A stretch of 64,000 nt of DNA, taken from an uncultured Candidatus Rokubacteria bacterium. Its GTDB lineage: Bacteria > Methylomirabilota > Methylomirabilia > Rokubacteriales > DASRDR01. Positions 48,816 to 58,555 of the stretch are shown in pieces. Under the pieces are notes generated by a model that had not been told where the DNA came from, ran no database searches, and worked only from the letters and a program-made list of their open reading frames with translations. The stretch spans positions 32,001 through 96,000 of the forward strand of contig CAWGVS010000003.1 in the NCBI GenBank assembly GCA_963826115.1, given 5' to 3'. How positions within the stretch are numbered: position 1 is the stretch's first letter; each line of letters begins with the position of its first letter. The position numbers were made by a program, and so were the translations under genes.

Positions 48816-49715
48816 ATGCTGCGCATCAACGGGGTCGAGATCGAGGACACCTTCGCCGAGGCCTTCAAGATGCGCGCGGCCCGCGCGATCGTGACAGCCG
48901 AAACCGCCGCCTGGGCGCACACCGCAGCGGCGCTCGCGACCGGGTACGCCACCTCCGTCATCGGCTGCGACGCCGAGGCCGGCCTCGAGTCCGAGGTGCC
49001 CCCGCACGAGACGCCGGACGGCCGGCCCGGCGTGAGCCTCCTGGTCTTCGGGTTCAACACCGCCGCGCTCGGGAAGGCGCTGGTGAACCGCGTCGGGCAG
49101 TGCGTGATGACATGTCCCACGACCGCCTGCTTCAACGGGCTCCACCCCGGCGAGGAGACCGTGAAGGTCGGCGCGCTCCTCCGCTTCTTCGGTGACGGGC
49201 ACCAGGCGAGCAAGAAGCTCGACGGCCGCCGCTACTGGCGGGTGCCGGTGATGGACGGCGAGTTCCTCTGCGAGGACACGTTCGGCGTCCAGCGCGCCGT
49301 CGCGGGCGGCAACTTCCTGATCCTCGCCACCGATCAGGCCGCCGGGCTCGCCGCGGCCGAGGCCGCCGTTCGGACCATCCGCGCCGTGCCGGGCGTGATC
49401 CTCCCCTTCCCCGGCGGGATCGTCCGGAGCGGGAGCAAGGTTGGCTCGCGTTACAAGGCGCTGAAGGCGTCGACGAACGACGAGTACTGCCCCACCCTCC
49501 GCGGACTGGGCGCGAGCCGTCTCCCCGCCGAGGTCCACGCCGTCTACGAGATCGTCATCGACGGTCTCGACGTCGGGGCGGTCGAGGCCGCCATGCGCGC
49601 CGGCGTCCGGGCCGCATGCCAACCCGGGGTCGTGCAGATCACCGCCGGCAACTACGGGGGCAAGCTCGGCCAGTACCCGCTCCACCTCCACCGGATCCTC
49701 GAATCCGGGTCATGA
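48816..49715 (+). CDS. fhcD: Formylmethanofuran:H4MPT formyltransferase (Ftr/FhcD)
   Basis: IEDTFAEAF, TSVIGCDAEAG, TPDGRPG, RVGQCVMTCPT, SGSKVGS, AGNYGGKLG. Confidence 0.96.
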   Translation: MLRINGVEIEDTFAEAFKMRAARAIVTAETAAWAHTAAALATGYATSVIGCDAEAGLESEVPPHETPDGRPGVSLLVFGFNTAALGKALVNRVGQCVMTCPTTACFNGLHPGEETVKVGALLRFFGDGHQASKKLDGRRYWRVPVMDGEFLCEDTFGVQRAVAGGNFLILATDQAAGLAAAEAAVRTIRAVPGVILPFPGGIVRSGSKVGSRYKALKASTNDEYCPTLRGLGASRLPAEVHAVYEIVIDGLDVGAVEAAMRAGVRAACQPGVVQITAGNYGGKLGQYPLHLHRILESGS

Positions 49716-50284
49716 TCGTCGAGACGGTGGTGACGACGCTGGACGAGGACGGCCAGGTGAACTTCGCCGCGATGGGCGTCGTGTGGGGCGAGGAGCGTCT
49801 CGTGATCCGGCCCTACGTCGCGACCCGCACGTTCCGGAACCTCGTTCGCACGCGCGAGGCCGTCGTCAACGTCACCGACGACGTGCTGGTCTTCGCGAAG
49901 AGCGCTCTCGCGCGGGAGCGCTTCCCGAGCCGCCCCGCGACGCGGGTCCGCGGCGCGATCCTGGCGGACGCCTGCCACTGGCGCGAGGTCGCCGTCGAGC
50001 GCGTGTCGGCGCCCGATCCCCCGCCGCCGGCGGGCGGCCGGGCCGACGTGGAGACCCGCGTCGTGGCCGGCGCGGTCGGCCGGCCGTTCGCCGGCCTCTG
50101 TCGCGCCAAGCACGCGGTGGTGGAGGCGAGCATTCTCGCCTCGCGGGCGCGGCGCCTCCCGCGGGACGAGGTGCTCAGGGGCCTCGCCCGGCTCGATCCC
50201 CTGGTCGACAAGACCGGCGGGCCGGCGGAGCGCGAGGCCATGGCATACATCCGCGACCACGTCCGCCGCCTCGTGAGCGGCTGA
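49712..50284 (+). CDS. DUF447 family protein
   Basis: MIVETVVTT, NFAAMG, TFRNL, NVTDDV, RAKHAVVEASILASR, KTGG. Confidence 0.85.
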   Translation: MIVETVVTTLDEDGQVNFAAMGVVWGEERLVIRPYVATRTFRNLVRTREAVVNVTDDVLVFAKSALARERFPSRPATRVRGAILADACHWREVAVERVSAPDPPPPAGGRADVETRVVAGAVGRPFAGLCRAKHAVVEASILASRARRLPRDEVLRGLARLDPLVDKTGGPAEREAMAYIRDHVRRLVSG

Positions 50285-50299
50285 CGGCGCCGACCCGGC

Positions 50300-51270
50300 A
50301 TGCGCACGATCGTCGAGGCGGGGGCGCGGCTCCACCTGGGGTTCCTGGACCTCCACGGCGGGTGCGGGCGGCGCTACGGGTCGATCGGCGTCACCCTCGA
50401 GCGCCCGCGCTGCACCGTGGCCGCCGGTCGCGCGCGCCCGGGCGATGCGCCGACGGCGAGCCCCGCGCTCGAGATCCTCGAAGGTCTCGCGCCCGGGCTC
50501 GACCCGAGGGCGATCACGGTCGAGCTCCTCGAGGCGATCCCCGCGCACGCGGGATTCGGCGCGGGCACCCAGCTCGCCCTCGCCGTCGCGCTGGCCGGCG
50601 CGCGCGCCGCCGGCCGCTCGATCGGCATCCGGGAGCTGGCCGCCCGGCTCGGTCGGGGGCAGCGCTCGGGCATCGGCGTCGCAGCCTTCGAGCGGGGTGG
50701 GCTCGTGATCGACGCGGGCCACGCGACGGGCGAGGATGACGGCGCGACCGCGTCACGCGCGCCGGAGCCCCCGCCGGTCGTCTTCCAGCACCCCCTGCCC
50801 GATGCCTGGCAGTTCGTGCTGGCCACGCCGCGCGCCGCTCCCGGTCTCTCCGGCGCGACGGAGCAGCGCGCGTTCGGGGATCTGCCGCCGATGGACGCCG
50901 GACGCGTCGGGCGGATCTGCCGACTCACGCTGATGCAGGTCATGCCGGCGGCGCTGACCAGCGACATCCGAACGTTCGGCGCCGCGATCACCGAGATCCA
51001 GACAGACGGTCGGCGACTACTTCGCGCCGTGGCAGGGCGGTCGGTTCGCGACCGAGACCGGCTGCCGGTGACCGAGCTCGCCCTCGCGCAAGGCGCTCAC
51101 GGCGTGGGCCAGAGCTCCTGGGGTCCGACGGTGTTCGCGCTGGTCCAGGGCGAGGCCGACGCCGAGGCGATGGCCGGCGCGATCGTGGGAGACGCTTCGG
51201 CGAGCGCCTCGCGTGGGTCGGCGTCAGTCCGGCGCGGAACCGGGGCGCGTCGTGCCGAGAGGCACCGTGA
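50300..51270 (+). CDS. mptG: Beta-ribofuranosylaminobenzene 5'-phosphate synthase (MptG), with apparent frameshifts
   Basis: ARLHLGFLDL, HAGFGAGTQL, RSGIG, GQSSWGPT. Motifs VGDYFAPWQGG and ARNRGA lie in shifted frames. Confidence 0.88.
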
Positions 51271-52262
51271 GCGCGAGCGATCGACCTGAACCGCCGCGCC
51301 ATCCGCTCGCCGACGCCCTCGCGGACGACGCCGCGCTCGTCGGCGTCCGGGTCACCGAGGTCGGTGGTGCCCGGCTGATCGACTGCGGCGTGGGCGTGGC
51401 GGGCGGGCTCGAGGCCGGGCGGCGCCTCGCGGAGATCTGTCTCGCCGGCCTCGGCACGGTGTCGCTCACCAGCGTGGACGTCGGAGGCCTCTGGCTCGCC
51501 GCGGTGGCGGTGACCACCGATCACCCGGTGACCGCGTGCCTCGCGAGCCAGTACGCCGGGTGGGCCATCGACCCCCCGGGGTACTTCGCCATGGGCTCGG
51601 GTCCCGCCCGCAGCGTGGCCCGGGTGGAGCGGGAGCTCTACCAGCGGATCGGCTATGCGGAGTCGGGAGACTCGGCCGTGCTCGTGCTGGAGGGTCGCGC
51701 CCTGCCGGACGAGGCGGTCGTGCGGTTCGTGGCCGACAAGTGTCGCGTCCGGCCGGAGGGTCTGAGCCTCCTGATCGCCCCCACCGCCAGCATCGCCGGC
51801 TGCGTCCAGGTGGCCGCGCGCTCCGTGGAGACGGGGCTCCACAAGATGCTCGAGCTCGGGTTCGACGTGCGCGCCGTGCGGAGCGGCGCCGGCGTGTGCC
51901 CGCTCGCCCCGGTGGCGAAGAACGACCTCCGCGGCATCGGCTGGACGAACGACTGCATCCTCTACGGCACGCGCGCCTACTTCGCCGTCCACGCCGACGA
52001 TGCCGAGGTCGCGGCGATGGTCGAGCGGCTCCCCGCCTCCTCGTCGGCGGACTACGGCACGCCCTTCTACGACATCTTCAAGCGGGCCGGGAACGACTTC
52101 TACAAGATCGACAAGATGCTGTTCAGCCCCGCCGAGGTCGTCGTGAACAACCTCGCCTCGGGGCGCGTCCTCCGGGCCGGACGGCTCGCCCCCGAGATCC
52201 TCCGCAGGTCGCTCGGGCTGGACGAGTCCGCGCCGGGCGCCGGTCCCGGGAGCCGGTCGTGA
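51267..52262 (+). CDS. mch: Methenyl-H4MPT cyclohydrolase
   Basis: GGLEAG, ACLASQYAGW, MGSGPAR, QVAARSVE, TNDCILYG, DFYKID..LFSPA. Confidence 0.96.
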   Translation: MSASDRPEPPRHPLADALADDAALVGVRVTEVGGARLIDCGVGVAGGLEAGRRLAEICLAGLGTVSLTSVDVGGLWLAAVAVTTDHPVTACLASQYAGWAIDPPGYFAMGSGPARSVARVERELYQRIGYAESGDSAVLVLEGRALPDEAVVRFVADKCRVRPEGLSLLIAPTASIAGCVQVAARSVETGLHKMLELGFDVRAVRSGAGVCPLAPVAKNDLRGIGWTNDCILYGTRAYFAVHADDAEVAAMVERLPASSSADYGTPFYDIFKRAGNDFYKIDKMLFSPAEVVVNNLASGRVLRAGRLAPEILRRSLGLDESAPGAGPGSRS

Positions 52263-53167
52263 AGGTCGTCATCCTGGGCTCCCGGTCCGGCTGGCACGAG
52301 GCCCGTCTCGGGCACGCGCTCCGGGAACGCGGCGCGGAGCCCATGGTGGCGCCGGTCACCGCGCTCGCGACCGCCGTGGCGGCCCCGGGCGAGGGACCGC
52401 GGCTCGCCGCCGGCGGCGTGCCGCTCGACGACTGCGGCGCGGTGATCGTGCGCGCGATCCCCGCCGGCTCGCTCGAGCAGGTGATCTTCCGGGTGGACGC
52501 CCTCCACCGCATGGCCCGACTCGGCGTCGCAGTCATCAACTCCCCGCGGTGTGTGGAGCGCACGGTGGACAAGTACTTCACCTCGACGATCCTCGAGGAC
52601 GCGGGCCTCCCGACGCCCCGGACCCGCGTGTGCGAGCGGGTCGACGACGCGCTCGCCGCCTACGAGGCCCTGGGCCGGGACGTCGTGATCAAGCCCCTCT
52701 TCGGCTCGGAGGGTCGCGGGATCGTGCGGGTGTCCGATCCCGACCTCGCGTACCGCACCTGCCGGGCCCTCGAGCTCACGCGGTCGGTATTCTATCTGCA
52801 GGAGTTCGTGCCCCACGGGGAGCGCGACATCCGAGCGTTCGTCGTCGGCGGCCGTCTGGTGGCGGCCATGACTCGCCGGGGCGCGGGGTGGAAGACGAAC
52901 GTCTCGCAGGGCGCGCGCGCGGAGCGGGTCGCCCTGTCCCCGGCGCTCGAGCGCCTGAGTCTCGAGGCCGCGGGGCGGCTCGAGGCCGACTACGCGGGGG
53001 TGGACCTTCTGTGCGCGGACGACGGGCGGACCTTCGTGATCGAGGTCAACGGGATACCGGGATGGCGCGGGCTCCAGCAGACGACCGACGTCGACGTCGC
53101 CGGCGCGATCGCCGACCACGCCATCGCGGTCGCCGGGCGCGGGCTCCCCGTCCCGGCCGCGCCATGA
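52259..53167 (+). CDS. RimK-family ATP-grasp glutamate ligase (Orf5/MptN-like)
   Basis: GSLEQVIFRVDAL, DKYFTS, KPLFGSEGRG, WKTNVSQG, EVNGIPGW. Confidence 0.9.
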   Translation: MKVVILGSRSGWHEARLGHALRERGAEPMVAPVTALATAVAAPGEGPRLAAGGVPLDDCGAVIVRAIPAGSLEQVIFRVDALHRMARLGVAVINSPRCVERTVDKYFTSTILEDAGLPTPRTRVCERVDDALAAYEALGRDVVIKPLFGSEGRGIVRVSDPDLAYRTCRALELTRSVFYLQEFVPHGERDIRAFVVGGRLVAAMTRRGAGWKTNVSQGARAERVALSPALERLSLEAAGRLEADYAGVDLLCADDGRTFVIEVNGIPGWRGLQQTTDVDVAGAIADHAIAVAGRGLPVPAAP

Positions 53168-54048
53168 GCGCGGCGGCGGTCCTCGCGGACCGGCCCTCGC
53201 CGGCGCGCATCGCGGCGGCCGCGACCCTGGCCTGCACGCTCGAGGCCTGCGCGGAGAAGGTGGGCAACGTCACGCCCACCCGCGCCTTCGCCGACGCGCG
53301 CTTCGACGACTTCGCGCTGAGCGCGCAGGCGCTCGGGTCCGCGGTCGCCGGCGCCGCGCCGGGCCGGGTGGGCCGCGCGATCTACGACGCGGTCGCCGCG
53401 ACCGGCCGCGTCGCGCCGTCCAACACCAACCTCGGCATGGCCCTCCTGTTCGCGCCGCTCGCGGCCGCCGCCCGCGGGCGCTCGAGGACGGCGCTCCGGC
53501 GTCGCCTGGTGCCGGTGCTGCGAGGGCTGAGCGTCGACGACGCGCGCTGGGCCTACCGGGCGATCCGCCTCGCGCGCCCGGGCGGGCTCGGGGAGAGCCC
53601 GGACGCGCCGGTCGCCCGCCCGCCCCGCATCACACTCGGCGAGGCCATGCGGCTGGCCGCGCGGCGGGACACCGTGGCGGCGGAGTACGGTCGGGGCTTC
53701 GCGGTGACGTTCGACCTCGCCCTCGCGCGGCTCCGCCGGGCGCTCCGCCGCGGCCTCCCGCTGCTCGACGCGATCGCGCAGGCCCACCTCGAGCTGATGG
53801 CCCGCGTGCCGGACACCCTGATCGCGCGCAAGGCCGGCGCCGCCGCCGCCGCGCGAGTGGCCGCGCGCGCCGACGCGGTGGTGCGGGCCGGGGGGATCGC
53901 GACGCGGCGCGGGCTCGCCGCCGCGCGGCGGCTCGACCGAGACCTCCGGCGGCACGGGAACCGCCTGAACCCCGGCACGTCGGCGGACCTCGTCGCTGCC
54001 GCCCTGTTCGTGTGGCTCCTGGAAGCGCCGGGACGAGGGCGCGCATGA
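53164..54048 (+). CDS. CitG-like protein of H4MPT clusters (Orf7)
   Basis: LEACAEKVGNV, NTNLGMALL, DTLIARKAG, NPGTSADLVAA. Confidence 0.88.
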   Translation: MSAAAVLADRPSPARIAAAATLACTLEACAEKVGNVTPTRAFADARFDDFALSAQALGSAVAGAAPGRVGRAIYDAVAATGRVAPSNTNLGMALLFAPLAAAARGRSRTALRRRLVPVLRGLSVDDARWAYRAIRLARPGGLGESPDAPVARPPRITLGEAMRLAARRDTVAAEYGRGFAVTFDLALARLRRALRRGLPLLDAIAQAHLELMARVPDTLIARKAGAAAAARVAARADAVVRAGGIATRRGLAAARRLDRDLRRHGNRLNPGTSADLVAAALFVWLLEAPGRGRA

Positions 54049-54569
54049 GCCGGCCGCCGAGCCCCTTCCGCGTCCGCATCGAGAAGGACTACACCGTCTT
54101 CTGCGCCGGCCACTTCATCACGTACGACGGGCACGAGTGCGAGCCGCTCCACGGCCACAACTACCGGGCGGCGGCCGCGCTGGAGGGCCCGCTGGACGAG
54201 AACGCCTACGTCTTCGACTTCAGCAAGCTCAAGCGCGCGCTCCGCGCCATCGTCGACCGCCTCGACCACCGGATGCTCCTGCCGACCAAGAGCGCGCTCA
54301 TCCGGGTTACGCAGTCGGGCGCCGAGGTGGAGGCGGCCTACCGGGAGAAGCGGTACGTCTTCCCGGCGAGCGACGTGGTGCTCCTCCCGATCCCCAACAC
54401 CACCGCCGAGATGCTGGCCTGGTGGATCGCGCAGGAGCTTCGCCGAAGTCTGGGCGCGCTCTCGCCCGGGATGACGGCCCTCGAGGTCGAGGTCGACGAG
54501 TCGTCCGGCCAGCGGGCCTTCTACCGGGAGCCGCTCGATTCCCCGGGCGGCGGAGCCGGGCCGGCGTGA
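54045..54569 (+). CDS. 6-pyruvoyl-tetrahydropterin synthase/QueD family, hybrid CExxHGH (PTPS-I/III) type
   Basis: FCAGH, CEPLHGHNY, DFSKLK, LDHRML, TTAEMLA, VDES. Confidence 0.88.
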   Translation: MSRPPSPFRVRIEKDYTVFCAGHFITYDGHECEPLHGHNYRAAAALEGPLDENAYVFDFSKLKRALRAIVDRLDHRMLLPTKSALIRVTQSGAEVEAAYREKRYVFPASDVVLLPIPNTTAEMLAWWIAQELRRSLGALSPGMTALEVEVDESSGQRAFYREPLDSPGGGAGPA

Positions 54570-56026
54570 CGGCGCCGTCGGTCGTCTACCTCGGCCTCGG
54601 CTCGAACCTGGGCGACCGCCAGGCGAACCTCGCGGAGGCGATCCAGGCCCTCCGCACCCACGTCCGGATCGAGCGCGTGTCCCCCGTGTACGAGACCGAG
54701 CCGGTGCACGTGACCGACCAGCCGCGGTTCCTGAACCTCGCCGTGAAGGGCGTCACCGCCCTCGAGCCGGCGGAGCTCCTCGCCGCGGTCAAGCGCATCG
54801 AGGCGCGGATGGGCCGGCAGCCGGGCGAGCGGTACGGCCCGCGGCCGATCGACGTCGACATCCTCTTCTACGGCGACCGCGTGATCCGCACCGACGCGCT
54901 CGAGGTGCCGCACCCGCGGGCCGCCGAGCGCGGCTTCGTCCTGGTGCCGCTCCACGACATCGCCCCCGACCTCCGGCATCCGGAGCGCGGGCGCAGCGTC
55001 GCCGAGCTCCTCCGGGATCTCGGGGAGACGCGCGGTATCGTCCGCGTGGCGCGCGGCCTCACGGCGCGGCTCGAGCGCGATGTCCAGGAGGAGTCGCCGC
55101 TCGCGCGGATCCGGCTCGACCAGACGGGCGTCACGGGACTCCACCGCATCATCCGCCTCTCCGACGGCCGGGGCCTCTTCTACGCGACGCTCGACCTCTT
55201 CGTCGAGCTGCCGGCCGACCAGAAGGGCGCCCACATGTCGCGCTTCAGCGACACGGTGGAGGAGGTGCTCGAGGACCTGGGCGCCTTCGAGGCCCCGATG
55301 ATCGAGACGCTCGCCGAGCGCATCGCGCGCGCCCTGACCGTCGGCCATCGCGCCGAGCGCGCGGACGTGGAGATCCGCGCCCAGTTTCCGCTCGAGCGCC
55401 GCGCGCCGATCTCCGGCAAGCCCTCGCAGGAGCTCTACACGCTGATCGGCCTCGCCGCCGCCAGCCCGCGCCGCACGGTCCAGCTCATCGGCGTGGAGGC
55501 GGAGGGGATGATGGCGTGCCCGTGCGCCCAGGAGATGGTCCGCGCGCAGGCCGAGGCGCGCCTCCGGGAGCACGGGCTCGCGCCGGACCTCACCGCGGAG
55601 GTCTTGTCGCTGGTCCCGATCGCCACGCACAACCAGCGGGGGCGCGGGCGCCTGCTGGTCGGCGCGGACCGCGCGCTCCGCGCCGAGGACCTGGTCGAGA
55701 TCGTCGAGGGCGCGATGAGCTCCGAGAACTACGACCTCCTGAAGCGCCCGGACGAGCTGTTCGTGGTGGAGAAGGCGCACCGCCACCCCCGTTTCGTCGA
55801 GGACGCGGTGCGGGAGATGCTGCGGACCTTCGTGAGCACCTACCCCGAGCTGGCGGACGACGCCTACGTCCACGCCCGGCAGGTGAACATGGAGACGATC
55901 CACAAGCACGACGTCTTCGCCCAGCGCGGCGGGCAGCTGGGCGAGATCCGGGGCGAGCTCCTCGACGGGAAGCCCCGCGGGAGCACCGCGCTCTCCGCCT
56001 GGCTCGCCGCCCGGCTCGCGGGCTAG
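54566..56026 (+). CDS. Fusion of FolK (HPPK) and MptA/FolE2-family GTP cyclohydrolase
   Basis: N-half YLGLGSNLGDR, YETEP, FLN, GPRPIDVDIL, PHP. C-half KGAHMSRF, GMMACPCAQ, THNQRG, LKRPDE, PRFVED, ETIHKHD. Confidence 0.92.
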   Translation: MTAPSVVYLGLGSNLGDRQANLAEAIQALRTHVRIERVSPVYETEPVHVTDQPRFLNLAVKGVTALEPAELLAAVKRIEARMGRQPGERYGPRPIDVDILFYGDRVIRTDALEVPHPRAAERGFVLVPLHDIAPDLRHPERGRSVAELLRDLGETRGIVRVARGLTARLERDVQEESPLARIRLDQTGVTGLHRIIRLSDGRGLFYATLDLFVELPADQKGAHMSRFSDTVEEVLEDLGAFEAPMIETLAERIARALTVGHRAERADVEIRAQFPLERRAPISGKPSQELYTLIGLAAASPRRTVQLIGVEAEGMMACPCAQEMVRAQAEARLREHGLAPDLTAEVLSLVPIATHNQRGRGRLLVGADRALRAEDLVEIVEGAMSSENYDLLKRPDELFVVEKAHRHPRFVEDAVREMLRTFVSTYPELADDAYVHARQVNMETIHKHDVFAQRGGQLGEIRGELLDGKPRGSTALSAWLAARLAG

Positions 56027-56763
56027 CCGGGCGCGATCAGGTCGGCGGCGCCCAGGACGCCGGTATGGAGCGCGGTCCCGACCAGCGCGGCCTGGTAGCC
56101 CGCGGCCGCGAGCGCGCGAAGGTCGTCCCGGCCCCGCACCCCGCCGCCGAGCACGATCTCGGCCTCCGGCAGCCGCGCCCGGAGCCGCCGCGCGGGCTCC
56201 GTCTCGGGACCGGCGCGCGCTCCCACGCGCGCGAGGTCGAGGACGATGAACGTCCGGAGGCCCGCCGCCCAGGCCTCGGCGGCCAGCTCCGTGGCCTCGG
56301 CCCCGGCGACGGCCGGCGATCCGCCGAGGAGCCGCCCCTCGCGATGGTCGAGGCTCAGGATGCAGTCCGCGCCGCGGCTCGTCTCCCGCACGGCCGTGGC
56401 GATCGCGCGGAGGTCGCGCACGTCGCGCAGCGTCTCCGTGCCGACGATCACCCGCGCGGCGCCGTGCGAGACGGCGCGCCGGGCGCCGTCGGCCGTGGAC
56501 ACGCCGGCGTCGAGCCACACCGACAGCCCGAGCTCGGCGATCGCCCGGACGACCGGGCCGTGGTCGCCCGTGCCCGCGATGGCGTCGAGGTCGGCGACGT
56601 AGCAGGCGTCCGAGCCCAGGCGCTCGCGGAAGCCGCGCGCGAGGGCGACCGGGTCCGCGGAGTCCGAGAGCACGCTCCGTACCGGCGCGTAGGCGTGACG
56701 CTCGCCGCGCACCGCATGGACGGCCACGCCGCCCTTCAGGTCCATCACGGGCACGATGCGCAT
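56023..56763 (-). CDS. HisA-like TIM barrel of H4MPT/methanofuran clusters (Orf17)
   Basis: IVPVMDLKGGVAVHAVRGER, YVADLDAI, VGTETL, LDLARVG, GGGVR. Confidence 0.88.
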   Translation of the reverse strand: MRIVPVMDLKGGVAVHAVRGERHAYAPVRSVLSDSADPVALARGFRERLGSDACYVADLDAIAGTGDHGPVVRAIAELGLSVWLDAGVSTADGARRAVSHGAARVIVGTETLRDVRDLRAIATAVRETSRGADCILSLDHREGRLLGGSPAVAGAEATELAAEAWAAGLRTFIVLDLARVGARAGPETEPARRLRARLPEAEIVLGGGVRGRDDLRALAAAGYQAALVGTALHTGVLGAADLIAPG

Positions 56764-56843
56764 CGCGGAGCGGAGGATAGCACGCGTGCAACGCATCTTG
56801 GCGACGACGCCGGTCTGACCGGACGGCCTTCGGCCTGTGGGCG

Positions 56844-57866
56844 ATGACCCGCGCAAGCCGGGTCCTCGGCTGGGACGTGGGCGGCGCCTACGTCAAGGCG
56901 GCGGTCGTGGAGCAGGACGGAGCCGGACGCCGTGTCCGCACGGCGAGCCGGCCCTTCGAGATCTGGCGCGACAAGAACGCCTTGCCCGACGTCCTCCGCG
57001 CGCTCGCCGCCGAGCTGCCCGCACCGGAGTCCGTGGCGGTGACGATGACCGCGGAGCTCTCGGACGTGTTCCGGACGAAGCGCGAGGGCGTCCACTTCGT
57101 CCTCGACGCCGTCGAGGCCGTGTCGCGGGCGCCGGTGCGCGTCTTCACGACGGCGGGCGAGTTCGTGGACCCCGCCGTCGCGCGGGCGCGGCCCCTCGAC
57201 GCGGCGGCCTCCAACTGGGTCGCCACCGCCCTGCTGGTCGGGCGGTTCGTCCCCGAGACGCTCCTCGTGGACATCGGCTCGACGACGACCGACGTGATCC
57301 CGGTGACGAAGGGGCAGGTCGCGGCCCTCGGCCGGACCGACCCCGAGCGGCTCTCGAGCGGGGAGCTCGTCTACACCGGTGCCCTCCGCACGAACGTGGC
57401 GGCCATCGTCCGTCGGGTCCCCTTGCGGGGCGCCCAGTGCCCGGTGGCCTCCGAGCTGTTCTCGGTGAGCGGCGACGTCCACGTGCTCCTCGGATCTCTC
57501 GCGCCGGATGAGTACACGTGCCCGACTCCCGACGGCCGGCCGCCCACGCCGGAGTTCGCGGCGGAGCGCCTCGCGCGGGTCGTGTGCGCGGACGGCGACA
57601 TGCTCGACCCCGAGGAGATCCGGGCCATCGCGCGGGCGGTCGACGAGGCGCAGGTCGAGGAGATCGCGGGGGCCATCGCCCGGGTGGCGGGCCGGCGGGC
57701 CGAGGGAACGCCCGTGATCGTCACCGGGCTCGGCGCCTTCCTCGCGCGCCGCGCCGCGGAACGGCTCGGGCTGCCGGTCCGGGATCTCGCGGACGTCCTC
57801 GCCGTCGACGTCGGCACCGTCGCGCCCGCGGTCGCCGTCGCCTGGCTCCTCCTCGACGCCGACTGA
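56844..57866 (+). CDS. mfnF: H4MPT-linked hydantoinase/oxoprolinase-like protein (Orf9/MfnF)
   Basis: GWDVGGAYVK, TMTAELSD, AASNW, DIGSTTTD, ELVYTGALRT, RLARVVCAD. Confidence 0.88.
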   Translation: MTRASRVLGWDVGGAYVKAAVVEQDGAGRRVRTASRPFEIWRDKNALPDVLRALAAELPAPESVAVTMTAELSDVFRTKREGVHFVLDAVEAVSRAPVRVFTTAGEFVDPAVARARPLDAAASNWVATALLVGRFVPETLLVDIGSTTTDVIPVTKGQVAALGRTDPERLSSGELVYTGALRTNVAAIVRRVPLRGAQCPVASELFSVSGDVHVLLGSLAPDEYTCPTPDGRPPTPEFAAERLARVVCADGDMLDPEEIRAIARAVDEAQVEEIAGAIARVAGRRAEGTPVIVTGLGAFLARRAAERLGLPVRDLADVLAVDVGTVAPAVAVAWLLLDAD

Positions 57867-57869
57867 CGC

Positions 57870-58523
57870 ATGCGCCGGGCTCGCGCGACGCCCGACTGGG
57901 TGATCAAGGTCGGCGGGAGTCTGGGCGCGCGACCCGCCCCGCTCCGTCGCCTGATGGCCACCCTGGCGCGCGCCGGGCGGCACCGCTGGCTCGTCGTCGT
58001 CCCCGGCGGCGGTAGCTTCGCCGACGAGGTGCGCCGGGCCGACCGCCGCTACGACCTCGGCGACTCGGCCGCCCACTGGATGGCCATCCTGGCGATGGAC
58101 CAGTACGGCCATCTTCTCGCGCGGCTCGCGCCCGGGGCACGCGTCGCGGCGAGCCGGCGCGAGCTCGCCCCGGGCCGGCTCAACGTGCTGCTCCCGTCAG
58201 CCTGGCTCCGGCGCGCCGACCCCCTGCCCCATTCCTGGGACGTCACGTCGGACTCGATCGCCGCGTGGGTGGCCCGCGAGCTCGGCGTCCGGCGCCTCAT
58301 GCTGGTGAAGCACCGTGACGGTTTCGTCGCGCCCGCCCGCGGGCCGCGGAGGGTGCCGCCGCGCGAGCGGCGATCCTCCCTCGCCGCGCTCGCGGGCGCG
58401 GTCGACCCCTATTTCGCGCGCGCCGTCGATCCGGCCACTGGCTGCTGGCTCGTCCAGGGACACCGGCCCGGCGCGATCGCGCGTCTCATCGACGCGGACG
58501 GGCCGCGCGGATCGCGCGCCTAG
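57870..58523 (+). CDS. mfnE: Amino-acid-kinase family protein (Orf21/MfnE-like)
   Basis: VIKVGGSL, VPGGGSFADEVR, AHWMAILAMDQ, PHSWDVTSDSIA, VDPYF. Confidence 0.85.
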   Translation: MRRARATPDWVIKVGGSLGARPAPLRRLMATLARAGRHRWLVVVPGGGSFADEVRRADRRYDLGDSAAHWMAILAMDQYGHLLARLAPGARVAASRRELAPGRLNVLLPSAWLRRADPLPHSWDVTSDSIAAWVARELGVRRLMLVKHRDGFVAPARGPRRVPPRERRSSLAALAGAVDPYFARAVDPATGCWLVQGHRPGAIARLIDADGPRGSRA

Positions 58524-58555
58524 GAGCGCCCTCTCACCGCTCGGCGGTCGGGCGG

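Noticed and set aside
53164-56763. Calling citG, queD and hisA as citrate lyase, queuosine and histidine genes
   Set aside because: No partner genes of those pathways. Context and motifs match the H4MPT-cluster paralogues.
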